Origin: an uncultured Nitrososphaeraceae archaeon | GTDB taxonomy: Archaea > Thermoproteota > Nitrososphaeria > Nitrososphaerales > Nitrososphaeraceae | Direction of reading: 5' to 3' | Assembly: GCA_963825865.1 (NCBI GenBank) | Contig: CAWGVG010000015.1 | Span: 128,001-192,000, forward strand | Length of the DNA stretch: 64,000 bases | Part shown: positions 12,260-23,719 of the stretch, in pieces | How positions within the stretch are numbered: the stretch's first letter is position 1 | Layout of the letters: every line of letters starts with the position of its first letter | Notes under the pieces: generated by a model | Seen by the model: the letters and a program-made list of their open reading frames with translations, nothing else | Told to the model about the DNA's origin: nothing | Database searches by the model: none | Made by a program: the position numbers and the translations under genes

Positions 12260-14590
12260 TCGTAGCCAGCTCGCAATATGTAGATCCAGATCTGCAGAAA
12301 TTGATTGCACCAGCTCAAGACGCTGAAGCATTGGCAAATGTACTACAAGATCCTAACATCGGTGGCTTTGAGGTCAAAACACTGTTAGATGAACCTTCTT
12401 ACAAGGTAAATGAAGAAATCCAGGCATTCTTTAGTGACCGTGGACGAGAGGATCTATTGCTTCTTTATTTTTCGTGTCATGGAATAAAGGATGAAGAGGG
12501 GCAGCTTTACTTTGCTACTTCAAACACTAGCCGTAAGCTGCTAGATGCAACTGCAATTTCGGCTAATTTTGTAAATAGGATGATGTTTCGTAGTCGTTCA
12601 CGCGGCAGCTGTTATTGTTGGACTGCTGCTATAGTGGTGCTTTTGCAAAAGGACTTGTAAGCAGAGCTGATAAAAAAATACATACTGGAGATTACTTTGA
12701 CGAAGGTCGTGGAAGAATAGTATTAACTGCATCAGACTCTATGCAGTATTCTTTTGAAGCAGATACATTGAATGTTGAGGTAAAAGACCCAGGTTCAATC
12801 TTTACTCGTGCCATAATAGATGGATTGAATACAGGAAAGGCTGATCTGGACAAAGATGGCCGAATTTCGTACGATGAACTATATGACTATACATATGATC
12901 GAGTAATAGATGAGACTCCTCTTCAAAGACCAGGTAAGTGGGTGTTTGGTGTAGAAGGAGATGTGATTGTTGCCCGCAATCCCAACTGGAAAGAAGTCAA
13001 CAATAAAGGACCTGTAAAAACAGCCGGGGAGGAAATTGTAACAACAACCACAAAGCCCAAAGAGGTAACAAGCCCTAAAACACCACCATCAGCAGCAGAT
13101 CAACATCACATATCACACCACCACAATCAGATATAGCAAACAAACCTATTCATCAGAAGAAAAATCAACTCCGTCAGCATTAACACCAATAAAAGACATT
13201 ACTCCAACAACAAGGCCATCCAACAATAATAAAAAAAGAGTCATCTCTTCTTACACCACCTTCTGATTTAACCACTACCATTTATAGAAGAAAAAACAGC
13301 CAAGACTGAAAAAAACATAGAGTCAGATATAGAAGAAACAAATAATAAATTCCAAGCAGGCGGTCCGATCATTTACAAAGGATAATACTTTTGTCACTGA
13401 AAGAAGTAGTGGAAATGCTTCTTCTTCTTCGTCATCACAGCCTGTACATGAAAGAAATCTGGCTTAAGCAATCCAACTATATTGTTACCAATTTTAGGAG
13501 GAGGTATCATAGGAGGCATCGTAATTGCTCTTGTTGCAGGTGGAATAATACATTTACCTGGTGGAGGAAATGTACCACCATCAACACCAGCGACTCCGGC
13601 ACAACCACCACCACCACCTACTTCTCTTCTTGCTCCTAACCGTCTACCAGTAGCTAATGCTGGTACAGACCATACAGTCAACGCAGGTGATACTGTTACG
13701 TTAGATGGTACTAAAAGTGCTGATCTTGATGGTAATATAAGGTCATATTCATGGCTACAAACTGCTGGACTACCTGTTACATTAAATGGTGCTAACACAG
13801 CCACACCATCGTTTGTTGCTCCTTCAGATATATCATCTGATCTCTTATTAACCTTCAAGTTGACAGTTAAAGACAACGCAAGTGCTACGAATACAGCCAC
13901 TGTAAATATCACAGTCAAACATGTTACACCAATAATACCACCAGCGTTACCAACACCTGTGGATCATCCTCCTACAGCTACTAACCAATCTGTTACAACT
14001 AACCAGAATACTCCAGTAGATATTACATTAGCAGGAAGTGATCAAGATCAGAATGACACATTGACTGCACATATAGTTACACCACCATTGCATGGAACCT
14101 TAGGTACAATTAACCAGACTACAGGTGTCGTAACCTATACACCAAACCAAGGATTTACCGGAGATGACAGCTTTACCTTCAAGATAAATGATGGTAAAGC
14201 AGATAGCAGCAACACAGCTAAGGTGTCAATAACAGTAAATAACTCTCCAGCAAATAATGGTAATAGTGCTCCTTCTAACCAGACTCAGCAGATATCATCT
14301 TCTAACACTGCTCCCACTGCTACTGACCAATCTATTACAACTAACCTGAATACGCCTGTTGATATTACATTGGCAGGTAGTGATCCAGATCAGAATGATA
14401 CATTAACAGCACTGTAGTGACGAATCCATCTCATGGAACTTTGAGTAATGTCAACCAAGATACTGGTGTTGTAACCTATACACCAAACCAAGATTTCACA
14501 GGAGATGATAGCTTTACATTTAAAGTAAATGATGGTAAAACTGATAGCAGCAATACAGCTACTGTGAATATAAAAGTAGGTGGGGGCTAA
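12232..14590 (+). CDS. Caspase-like (peptidase C14) protease, apparently fused via S/T/P linker and one TM helix to 1 PKD + 2 cadherin/Big_9-like Ig domains (frameshifted)
   Basis: RFALIVASSQY.D..L..L....DA, LLYFSCHG (catalytic His), LLDCCYSG (catalytic Cys), SIFTRAIIDGL.TGKADLDKDGRISYDEL. TM: KKSGLSNPTILLPILGGGIIGGIVIALVAGGII. Then one PKD and two PTAT.QS.TT..NTPVDITLAGSD..HGTL..TYTPNQ.FTGDDSFTFK.NDG repeats. Continuity across 13136-13480 is inferred. Confidence 0.75.
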
Positions 14591-14650
14591 ACAATATAAA
14601 GAGTGGTAATAATACTCCATTAGCTTTACCCAAAATTAGTTAGCGAGCAA

Positions 14651-16517
14651 ATGATAATAACAAAAATATTCAGAAATAAGCAAATGAGAGAGAGATCCCG
14701 CAATTTTCTATTATACTCTTCACTTATTGTTATTTTGTCAGAGCTATTGATATTGTTGCCATCATTTACTACTACTAATACTACTTTACCAAGTATTTCT
14801 AATGTCTATTATAATACAGCATTAGCATTTAAACCAACCAATAAAAATCCATCTATTTTAAGACCACCCATTTCTGTTAATCATTCTCCTGTCAGCTAAT
14901 GTTGGTCCAGACCAAACAATCAATGAAAATGCAACTGTTACACTTGTTGGTGTGGCCATTGATCCAGATCCAAATGATAAATTAACCTATTCATGGATGC
15001 AAACTGCAGGACCTACCGTAACACTGAACCGCCCTAATACATCTTCACCTACATTTACAGCTCCTTCCAATATACCATCCGATACCCAATTGAAGTTTGC
15101 ACTAACAGCTAAGGATGATAAGGGTGCTGCAAGTAACAATTTAGCCATTGTTACTATTACAGTCAAGCATATCAATCGTCCTCCAACAGCTGACGCTGGT
15201 CACTGATCAGACAGTCAATGCAGGTTATGTTGTTACTCTGGATGGCAGTAAGAGCAAAGACCCTGATAGTGGTGATACATTAACCTATTCCTGGGTTCAG
15301 ACTGCTGGTCCTACTGTTACATTAAATGGTGCTGATACATCCATAGCTACTTTTACCGCTCCTAAAGACATATCATCTGACACAGACATGAGATTTCAAT
15401 TAACAGTTACCGATAGCAAAAATGCAACTAATTCTGCTACTGTCAAAATTACAGACAAGTATGTCCCTCCACCCAATCAGCCTCCAACAGCTAACGCTAG
15501 CTCAGATCAGACAGTTAATGCAGGCGATACTGTGACTTTAGATGGTAGCGGAAGTAGAGATCCAGACGGTACCATAACATCATACTCATGGATGCAGACT
15601 TCAGGTCCAGCTGTAACATTGAGCAGTCCATATGTAGCTTCACCAACGTTTACAGCCCCAGGTGTTTCATCTGATACTGAGCTGAAATTCTCACTTACAG
15701 TTACAGATGATAAAGGTGCTGCAAGTAATAATGCTGCCTACTGTGACGGTTACTGTGAAAGCTCCTCCTGCACCGTCGGGTAATATGACATCAGCCGAAG
15801 GTGGTGGTGGTACTAATATGACATCAGCTGCCGCACCATTACCATCGTCTGATGCTACTGCATTATATAATAAAGCTCGGTGATCTTGATAGCCAAGGTA
15901 ACTACACAGGAGCTATAACCTATTTAGACAAGGCTTTAGCTATAGATCCAAATTATAAAGAAGCATTAACTGAGAAAGGTTTAGATCTTAATAACCAGGG
16001 TAACTATGCAGAAGCTATAACCTATTTAGACAAGGCTTTATCTATAGATCCAAATTTCAAAGAAGCATTAAATAATAAAGCTAATGCTCTTGGTAGCCAA
16101 GGTAACTACACAGGAGCTATAACCTATTTAGACAAGGCTTTATCTATAGATCCAAATTTCAAAGAAGCATTATATAATAAAGGTTTTGCTCTTTATAGCC
16201 AGGGTAACTATACTGGAGCTATAAGCTATTTAGACAAGGCTTTATCTATAAATCCAAATTTCAAAGAAGCATTAACTGGTAAGGGAGAAGCTCTTAATAG
16301 CCAGGGTAACTATGCAGAAGCTATAACCTATTTAGACAAGGCTTTAGCTATAGATCCAAATTATAAAGTTGCATTAAACGATAAAGGTTTTGCTCTTTAT
16401 AGCCAGGGTAACTATACTGGAGCTATAAGCTATTATGACAAGGCTTTATCTATAGATCCAAATTTCAAAGAAGCATTAGATAACAAACAAAATGCTCTTT
16501 CTAAGATGGGCCGCTAG
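14651..16517 (+). CDS. Secreted surface protein: signal peptide + 3 PKD repeats + ~6 TPR repeats (frameshifted)
   Basis: TALA-FKPTN leader and PKD repeats as in the NHL paralogues, then 34-aa repeats QGNY..AI.YLDKAL.IDPN.KEAL..K...L. Confidence 0.85.
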
Positions 16518-16667
16518 TCTATAGCAAGAAAAACTTTGCTATCGCTTGTTTGGGATCAGGATCCAAGTGTTTCAGAATTTTCTTTTTGTATAATATCTAT
16601 AATCACTCTTAGAACTATCTTTTAGTATGCTTGTATATCATCTACTGATGTTTCCTCTTAGAATATA

Positions 16668-16942
16668 GTAAAATACCTCCACTATCTGCACTACCTCCAC
16701 CAAAGCCAAATTCGTGCTCAAACTTGCTCCAAAAAATGGTGGAGATATTCTAAGTTACTGTATACAATACCTCCACCTTTCAACAAATACCTCCACCACT
16801 TTTGCTATCGGTGGAGATACTGTAACCGTGAGTGGACATATGCCTCTACAATACCTCCACTAAAAGAAGCTTAAATCTTGCTCCTTTTGGCAAAATAAGC
16901 AAAAGTGGAGATGGTGGAGATAGTGGAGATGCTTTCGCTATT
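16668..16942. repeat. Iteron-like CTCCAC array (copy B), reverse-complement homologue of 6081-6372
   Basis: GTAAAATACCTCCACTAT, CGTGCTCAAA, CCAAAAA(A)TGGTGGAGATATTCT and AAGCAAAAGTGGAGATGGTGGA are reverse complements of segments in copy A, in the same order. Confidence 0.8.
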
Positions 16943-16992
16943 CTTGCTAGAAGTATAATGAATGCTCAATTGCAGGTAGTTGATTTACAGCG

Positions 16993-17619
16993 CTACTTAT
17001 GAAGTTTGGAACTTCTACTGAGAACTCTTCGATTAACTTCTCTCCAAGTCCAATGGGTTCTAATATTTCTTTGATGAAAATCATCAGGGCTCATTATTAT
17101 ATTTCCACTTGATGTTGATGGCTCAATAGATAATACAGAATTAAGTATTCGATAATTCTTGAAAATACCTTTGTGTGGTAATAGGACAAACCCATCTATT
17201 GTCCAGTCTATTGACAGTGTTTCTCCTTCTCTCCAGGAATTCAAATATTCAATGTCACCAGAATCGACTGCTTTGCTAAAGGAAATGTAACCTCCAGTAT
17301 ATAATTTGGTTTCTTCAGAATGAAGATGAATATTTGTTTCTTTGTTACTTTTCTTAGTTTTGAGTTTTAATATGCATCTTGCATTATTTAACAGAAACAA
17401 TTCATTTACGGTTTCCATCAGTGTATTAAGAAGGTGTGGTGTATCATGAGTGTATATGCCAAAAGGATTAACAACCTTAAATCTCAAAATGATCTTCGGT
17501 TTTGTTTCAGATGGAATTCCTTTATCCTTTCTGTAGCATTTTAGATAATCGTATGTAAGAGCATTTGTATTATTATAATGAATTTTTACATATACAGAAA
17601 TAATATTTTGAGTAGACAA
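16993..17619 (-). CDS. Hypothetical protein
   Basis: 208-aa ORF in AT-rich DNA; no motif recognised. Confidence 0.45.
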   Translation of the reverse strand: MSTQNIISVYVKIHYNNTNALTYDYLKCYRKDKGIPSETKPKIILRFKVVNPFGIYTHDTPHLLNTLMETVNELFLLNNARCILKLKTKKSNKETNIHLHSEETKLYTGGYISFSKAVDSGDIEYLNSWREGETLSIDWTIDGFVLLPHKGIFKNYRILNSVLSIEPSTSSGNIIMSPDDFHQRNIRTHWTWREVNRRVLSRSSKLHK

Positions 17620-17853
17620 TCAGTAATACCGCCCTTTCATTGATATCTTTTTTTAGATCTTTAGAAAATCAATAAAAACCTTCGTAAAAAGTGAATAATT
17701 ATTAAAACGCCCGATGGTATGAAAATATATTTCCAGTACTCTTGAAATGCATAAAGAAGTTTCATAAATGAAATATCGACTATCTTGAAAATGAAGAATG
17801 AGCCGAACTGTTAGAGATAACCTCATTACTATATATGACAATAATAACAATGT

Positions 17854-18327
17854 TTGACCAATACAAAACGCTTAGGTAGGTATAATCGTTATCTCTCCAC
17901 TACTAGCAATAATAATGATAACTCTAGTTCTCAGTCATATTTCAACGAGCTAGCATCATTCTATAAAGATAACAGCAGGAAACCATCGATTGATTTGGAT
18001 AGAACTCTTTTTGGACACAAGCGCACTTCATTACAAAAAGTACTTGCAAATGCTAACAAGGCAATTGAGAAATCAACAAAGTTCATAAATAAAATAAAAT
18101 CAAGACAGCTTGCTTGTGCTAATAGAACAAAATCGATACCTAAAAATGCAACAATAAGAAAAGAATACATCAAATGCGGAAAAGATATGTGTGTGCAAAA
18201 GCATGGGCCTTACTACTACGCTTACTGGAAAGACCCTGAATGCAAGAAACTAAAGAAAAAATACATCGGCGACCATATGCCAAAAAATAAAGAACAAGAA
18301 TCAAAAAATGATAACACTGCTCAGTAA
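17854..18327 (+). CDS. DUF6788-like small Zn-binding protein typical of mobile elements
   Basis: EYIKCGK..C..KHGPYYYAYW....K.KKKYIG motif. Confidence 0.6.
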   Translation: MTNTKRLGRYNRYLSTTSNNNDNSSSQSYFNELASFYKDNSRKPSIDLDRTLFGHKRTSLQKVLANANKAIEKSTKFINKIKSRQLACANRTKSIPKNATIRKEYIKCGKDMCVQKHGPYYYAYWKDPECKKLKKKYIGDHMPKNKEQESKNDNTAQ

Positions 18328-18421
18328 CTGGATATCTAAGAATAGCGACTAGATGACATGATGAATAATACAGGCTTGGTTACATAAGATGTGGCGTCAT
18401 TTTTTACAAAATCTTATGTAA

Positions 18422-18790
18422 CTATGATACCTGAGTCTGCAACTTCTTAAGCAAATCTAGATCACTCTTCATCGGGTCAGGAGCAAGAGAAGCAGGAGAA
18501 GAATTATCTTTTTTACTGTCCTCGCCACCTATCTTCTCTAGTAGAGTATCACAAAAGTTGCCTTCTTCTATATCAAATTTCATTGCTTCAATTAATGCTT
18601 CCTGCATGTACTCTGAAAGAGAAGTCTGATATGTATCACAGATAATTTTTAAAACTTGGTGTTGATGTTTTGTCAAGTTTACTTTTTCATTAATCGTAAT
18701 AATATCATCAACAGTGTCTTTATTTTTATTGTTGGTATGAGTCAACTTTGATGATGACAGTGATTTAGTTGAAGATGAAGAATTATCCAT
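18422..18790 (-). CDS. Hypothetical protein, possible ribbon-helix-helix DNA-binding domain
   Basis: KVNLTKHQHQVLKIICDTYQTSLSEYMQEAL has an RHH-like pattern. Confidence 0.45.
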   Translation of the reverse strand: MDNSSSSTKSLSSSKLTHTNNKNKDTVDDIITINEKVNLTKHQHQVLKIICDTYQTSLSEYMQEALIEAMKFDIEEGNFCDTLLEKIGGEDSKKDNSSPASLAPDPMKSDLDLLKKLQTQVS

Positions 18791-19217
18791 TTTGCTATAA
18801 CTAATTATTTCATTTATAGGCTAATATCATTTTCGTTTGCTATATCATGAATGATCTGTCCAATTATCTTTGGACCTAAATATAGAGTTAAATTTGATTC
18901 ACAACCCTATGGATTCGAAACTTCGAATGTTCTATTATATTACTAGCCAACCAGCAATTAAAGTTTAAATCATAAAGTGAGCCTGTAGAAAAAAGTTGAA
19001 CCTCTTTACCACAAAGCATGTAATCTGACATAAATCTTGAGTTATCAAGTCAAAAAATCAATCAAGAAGAAATAGAAACCTTTAAAGCTTTGTTTAATTT
19101 ATTACAAATGAATCCTTTTTTAGAAGTGATATCACAGCGGAAACCACTGGCCCCATTAACTACATGGGTTCAAATATTGAATCAAAAAGTAGTACAAGAA
19201 GGAGGGGACTTTAGATT

Positions 19218-19392
19218 CCATTAAAGCTGACTACCACTATTAGCAAGATTCTGTCTGTGTCTAATCACACTAACAGAGTAATAATCAACGACTTCTGTGA
19301 ATATATGAAGTTTAATGGATGCTCAGATCATCATCAGAACAATAACCTAAAGGTTGCTATTGCATTTGCAAACAGGCTCTGCATAACGACTT
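19218..19392 (+). pseudogene. N-terminal remnant of a Nitrososphaera-type integrase
   Basis: PLKLTTTISKI.SVSNHTN..IINDFCEYMKFNGCSDHHQNNNLKVAIAFAN resembles the SAM-like N-terminus of these integrases (recognised from memory). Confidence 0.5.
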
Positions 19393-19428
19393 AACCCATA
19401 TTCTTCAAACGTTTCTCGCACTGATTAC

Positions 19429-19790
19429 ATGGGAAATTTAGATTTGGATCTAGATGGAAAGCTTTCTATAACAGATATTCCAGATGGCTTATTCAATGAT
19501 CTACATCCAACAAAAATAGAGAAGCTTAATATTGAAAACAATGTTTGCCAGCGTCAAGGCCGCTGTGGACTAGGTTGTATTCCAGAATCAAGACATACAT
19601 TGAATTACCGATTCTTTGACGCAATTTCTGCTGGTAAACCTATCGACATATTTCCCCTGACGGCCTATACGTTGTTGATGGTTCAATAATCCCTAGTCCT
19701 CTAGGGATTAATCCCTCATTGACTATTGCTGCATTGGCTTTTAGAATCGCGGAAGAAATTGCCGGAGATAAAAAGTATTGGCCCAAATGA
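19429..19790 (+). pseudogene. Internally deleted GMC (cholesterol-oxidase-like) oxidoreductase remnant
   Basis: CQRQGRCGLGC...RHTLN is joined directly to the GMC C-terminal [31 protein letters not shown]. Confidence 0.7.
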
Positions 19791-19848
19791 GAACTTACTT
19801 TCTTGAAAGTTATTTTTTCTGCAATAAAGAAGGATAACAATAGGTGTC

Positions 19849-22457
19849 TCAGCCGACACGGTTTCTAAACGCAGATTCCTTTCCAACCCTCTTCAGAATA
19901 TAAGGAATATAAACGCTTTGTCTGACTGAGTCTACGTGTAAAAAGCTCACTCCTTGGGAAAGCCAGCCAAGTAAGTGACTGCGCTCTGAATAATATTTGC
20001 CTATCAAAATGTCATCATTGACTTGCCTTATCTCATCATGAAAGATCCCTCCTGTTGAATCCTGCATTTCTACATGATCTTCCTTTTCGTTAACTATGGC
20101 GGTACCTGCAAGAGCATTGCCAAATACATAATCATTCTTCAAAGCCGTTGTATTTCCGTCTTTGTCAAAATAATATCTGAACTTGAATACAGGCTCACTC
20201 CATATAGAATCTGAAACAAGTCGACCTTCCCAAATTCCTACCATCGATTGCAAGGTAGGTTTCTTCGTCTTGCGGTATAACATTTCATGGTCTTCTATAG
20301 TCATAAACTCAAAAGGATAATTCCTTGACATTGAAAATGTCAACATTTCCCTACCGGCGCTGGGTTTGCCTAGAAAGGCTTTACCAAGTATAGTGTTTTC
20401 ATCTACTATTTTCAAGACATCATAAAATAGATTGTAAGGAGGATCTAGATACTCTAGCAATATCGTTCTACCAAGCCCATCCAACTCCTTGTTACTAGCT
20501 TTGTTTCTGGCAAAGACTGGAACTTCAAAGGGATGAGTTGTTCCCATAATATCCCCAGATTCATTCTTAGTAAATCTTTTCCAAAATCCCCCAAAATAAA
20601 GTGTTAAGGTATTCCGTATGTCAGTATCTCGAGTGAAGATTCCCTTCCAATGTGAGTTATTTGAGATTGTAAGGGTTTCCGGGTCGAATTTCCAATTTGC
20701 TTCTTCTGCTTTATCACTTGCAGCATTGACAAGCGTCTGCACATCAAATTGAGTATTTGCAGAATCAAATAGTTTTGATAGATTATCTCTAAGGCAATAC
20801 ATTGGTTGTGACATAGCACATATATGTCCTAAACCCTTGTTGTTCAAAGAAATATTGTCATATTTATCTTTCCAATCTTTCATTATCCTTGATGCAACTA
20901 TAGAAGCTACTGTCATTACGGTGATCTGTGGATTGACTCCAACTGAGGTAGGAAATACGCTCGCATCACAGACAAATAGGTTTTCAAATCCATGAACTCT
21001 GCAATCTGAATCTACCACGGAGTCAGCCTGGTTTGTCCCAATTTTATTTCCTGACTGAGGATGTGCCGAACCTAAGAGCAGGTTCTTTGGATCATTAAGT
21101 ATTTTGTCAATAAGTTTGAGAATATCTGCTTCATTTTCTACAATGCTCATACTTCTGTGAGAAATAATTATTCTTCTAGCTCCAAGTGCAAACCACATCT
21201 TTCCTAATACTTCAACACCCTTTGCAATTATCCTGAGTTCTTTTTCTCTTGGCTCATAGGTCACACTAACTCTGCCGGTAGATGTAAGGGACACTCTTCC
21301 AATGTTATCATCACGTACTACAATTCCAGCCATCGCATAATTATTGAACCTTTCAATGAGTCTTCTATGCTCACTTATTCCACTAGCGGAAAGTGCGATA
21401 GAAAATTGAAGTAATGGAAGAAATATGCTCTCAATTAGAAACTCTCCAGCATCAAAGTTATGCTCTATTCTTGCTTGATCTGTATTTCTGGTTACACCAA
21501 AATCATGTACCGTGTATGCCATTGGAATTCCCTGGTTACCCTTTATTTCATAATCAAAGTCCCCTATGACTTCAATTCCGGGATGCAAACATAAACCAAC
21601 TCCCGCAGTGTCTTGTGCTATTCCATTTTGAAGAAGGAGTTTAGACGATGCGATGGCTCCTGCACTTACTATGACTATTTTTGCATTCACTCTGATTCTG
21701 TATGTCTTGTTACCGTCAATATTAATGAAATTGCCTTCTACACCTTCTACAACTCCATTTCTATGAACGATTTCTTCGATGATAGCAATTGCAATAGACT
21801 CTCATATCAGAGTCAGGTTTCTTTAATGCCTCATGGATATAGGTTACAAGAACGTTTTGTTTTGTCTCGTAGTGACATCCTATATGGCAGAATCCGCATT
21901 GCATGCAGTTAACACAATTTCTAGAATTATTCCTATGCTCCCTTAATCCAAGCTTTTCTGCACCTTTCTTTAGCATAAGGTTATTTCTATTTAATTCATC
22001 TTCACTCACTTTGGTCACATGGAGAGTGTCGTTTACTTTTTGAAGATGATCTGACCATTCTTCATAGATAAAATTGACGCCAAGTCTATTCCATTCCTCA
22101 CGTACACGTGAAGGAGTATCAAAACATACTGCATCGTTAATTATTGTTGAGCCGCCTAAACAACATCCTTGCGCTATAGCTATTCTAAGGCTATCTACGA
22201 AATTAAAACCTGCATTTTTCCAAAGAAGAGGCATCATATCAATTTCGCGTTGATTCATATCCTTTCCTTCATGATATCCACCTCTCTCAATTAGAACAAC
22301 TTTTTTTCCAGATTCGACAAGCTCTTTAGCAAGAACTGCACCGGCAGCTCCAGATCCTATAATACAAACATCCACATTCTCGACAATGTCATTTTTAATT
22401 ACTTCATATTTTTCATGTCTGTCTGTGAGATGCATCTATTCCATATACTATGCCCAT
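19849..22457 (-). CDS. GMC-family FAD oxidoreductase with long C-terminal extension (frameshifted)
   Basis: DVCIIGSGAAG (FAD), LGGSTIIN, NCVNCMQCGFCHIGC, SAHPQSG, VCDASVFPTSVGVNPQIT; AGGAGG SD before ATG at 22457. Confidence 0.85.
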
Positions 22458-23186
22458 TTAAACTCCTCCTGTCTTGGCCACATATTCACTTGAACGTACG
22501 TTCCCTTCTTGGCTGTCTTGGTACCTGCGGTCCATCATAGCCAATATCACCTATATGTAATTCTTCAAAGAAGGAGTCAACCAAAGTACTCAATATTACA
22601 CTAAAATGATTAAAGTTATTTTTCCTTTCTTCATAGTCCATTAACGAAGTTCTGTAATCTCTCCCTGATCTCTTCAGGAGGATCGCCATTGTTTAGAATA
22701 TCTAGGTTAATTCTATTTTCTATTCCAATTATGTTTCCAACTTCATTTAACATACTTATCATACGTCGGGCATTACCAGAATAGATGTCTATAGCCTTAG
22801 GATTTGGAATATTGTCAACTATCCTGATGTGATATTCTATTTCCTTTTTAGTTTGTAATACTTTTGTTGTGAGTATTTTATTTCCCTGATTATCCTTTAC
22901 TACTATATACACATCAGGCGTTCCCTCAAGTACTTCTAAGAATTCTCTAAATTTTGATTCATCAAAGTCTAATCCTAAAAAACCCATGTGAGTCAGTAAT
23001 TGCCTCCCCAAGAAAATCGTCTGGGTTCAGAAGTGGATCGTCATCATAGGCTTCTATTTTCAGATCTTTTAAAGGAAGTTGATCTTTTGAGATGATTTTC
23101 CCTTTTAAGGTAAAAGTTCCCAATAGAGATGTAATGCCTTGATGGTAGATAAAATTTCCGCTTTTCACATATAGTGTGAATGACAC
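22448..23186 (-). CDS. Hypothetical protein with transthyretin-like N-terminal domain, co-oriented with and overlapping the GMC gene (frameshifted)
   Basis: LKIEAYDDDPLLNPDDFLGEAITDSHGFFRI..PDVYIVVKD; C-terminal GYDGPQVP. Confidence 0.6.
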
Positions 23187-23719
23187 CTTGTATGTATGTG
23201 TGGTTCCATCATTTTAGACAGCAGATATGCGTCAGGGGCTTTTTTATTAACGCTGCTAACTGTAGTGGATGTAAGGCAAACTCAAAGGGAATTGAAAATT
23301 TACCCCTTACTATCGCCTTTAAAAAACCTAGATATTGTCTTCTTACTAATGCATAACGTTAGACTAGAACAGCACATTCATTAAATATAGAGAAGTTCTA
23401 ATCCAAGATCAATATATATATTCTAGTATATTCCAGAGATTACTGTAAAAAATATCGCTATTGTTATAGTAACTTCATTATACCATTTTAATAACTGCTT
23501 GAATTGGAAGGTGGTCACTGTATCCTGTGTTAGGTTCTCTTCCTTTTCTTATTTCTACTATCCTATCGTATTTGTCTTTTCTTGTCCATTCAAATGACAT
23601 TGGCCGACCATCAGGCTCCTTTATTATAACAGAATGTCCATTTGTCTTTTCCAAAATATTTTAACCTGATTCAGATCCATAACTAATTTCTGTTTGCCGT
23701 GGTACAGTCCTCTTGAAAT

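Noticed and set aside
11995-12660. ORF track suggests EACC1 and caspase are one fused protein
   Set aside because: The frame changes near 12160 and within an A-run near 12210; a clean MAPERRFALIV start at 12232 fits the usual two-gene arrangement, so the fusion is probably an indel artefact.
15852-16517. DGR-like signature: variable TPR codons are mostly NNT variants of AAT
   Set aside because: Neighbouring synonymous adenines (GCA TTA) are invariant, no reverse transcriptase or separate template repeat is in the window, and third-position T is expected in an AT-rich genome.
18908-18930. GGATTCGAAAC resembling a reverse tRNA T-loop (possible att site)
   Set aside because: No acceptor or T-stem pairing, and no second copy found by eye.
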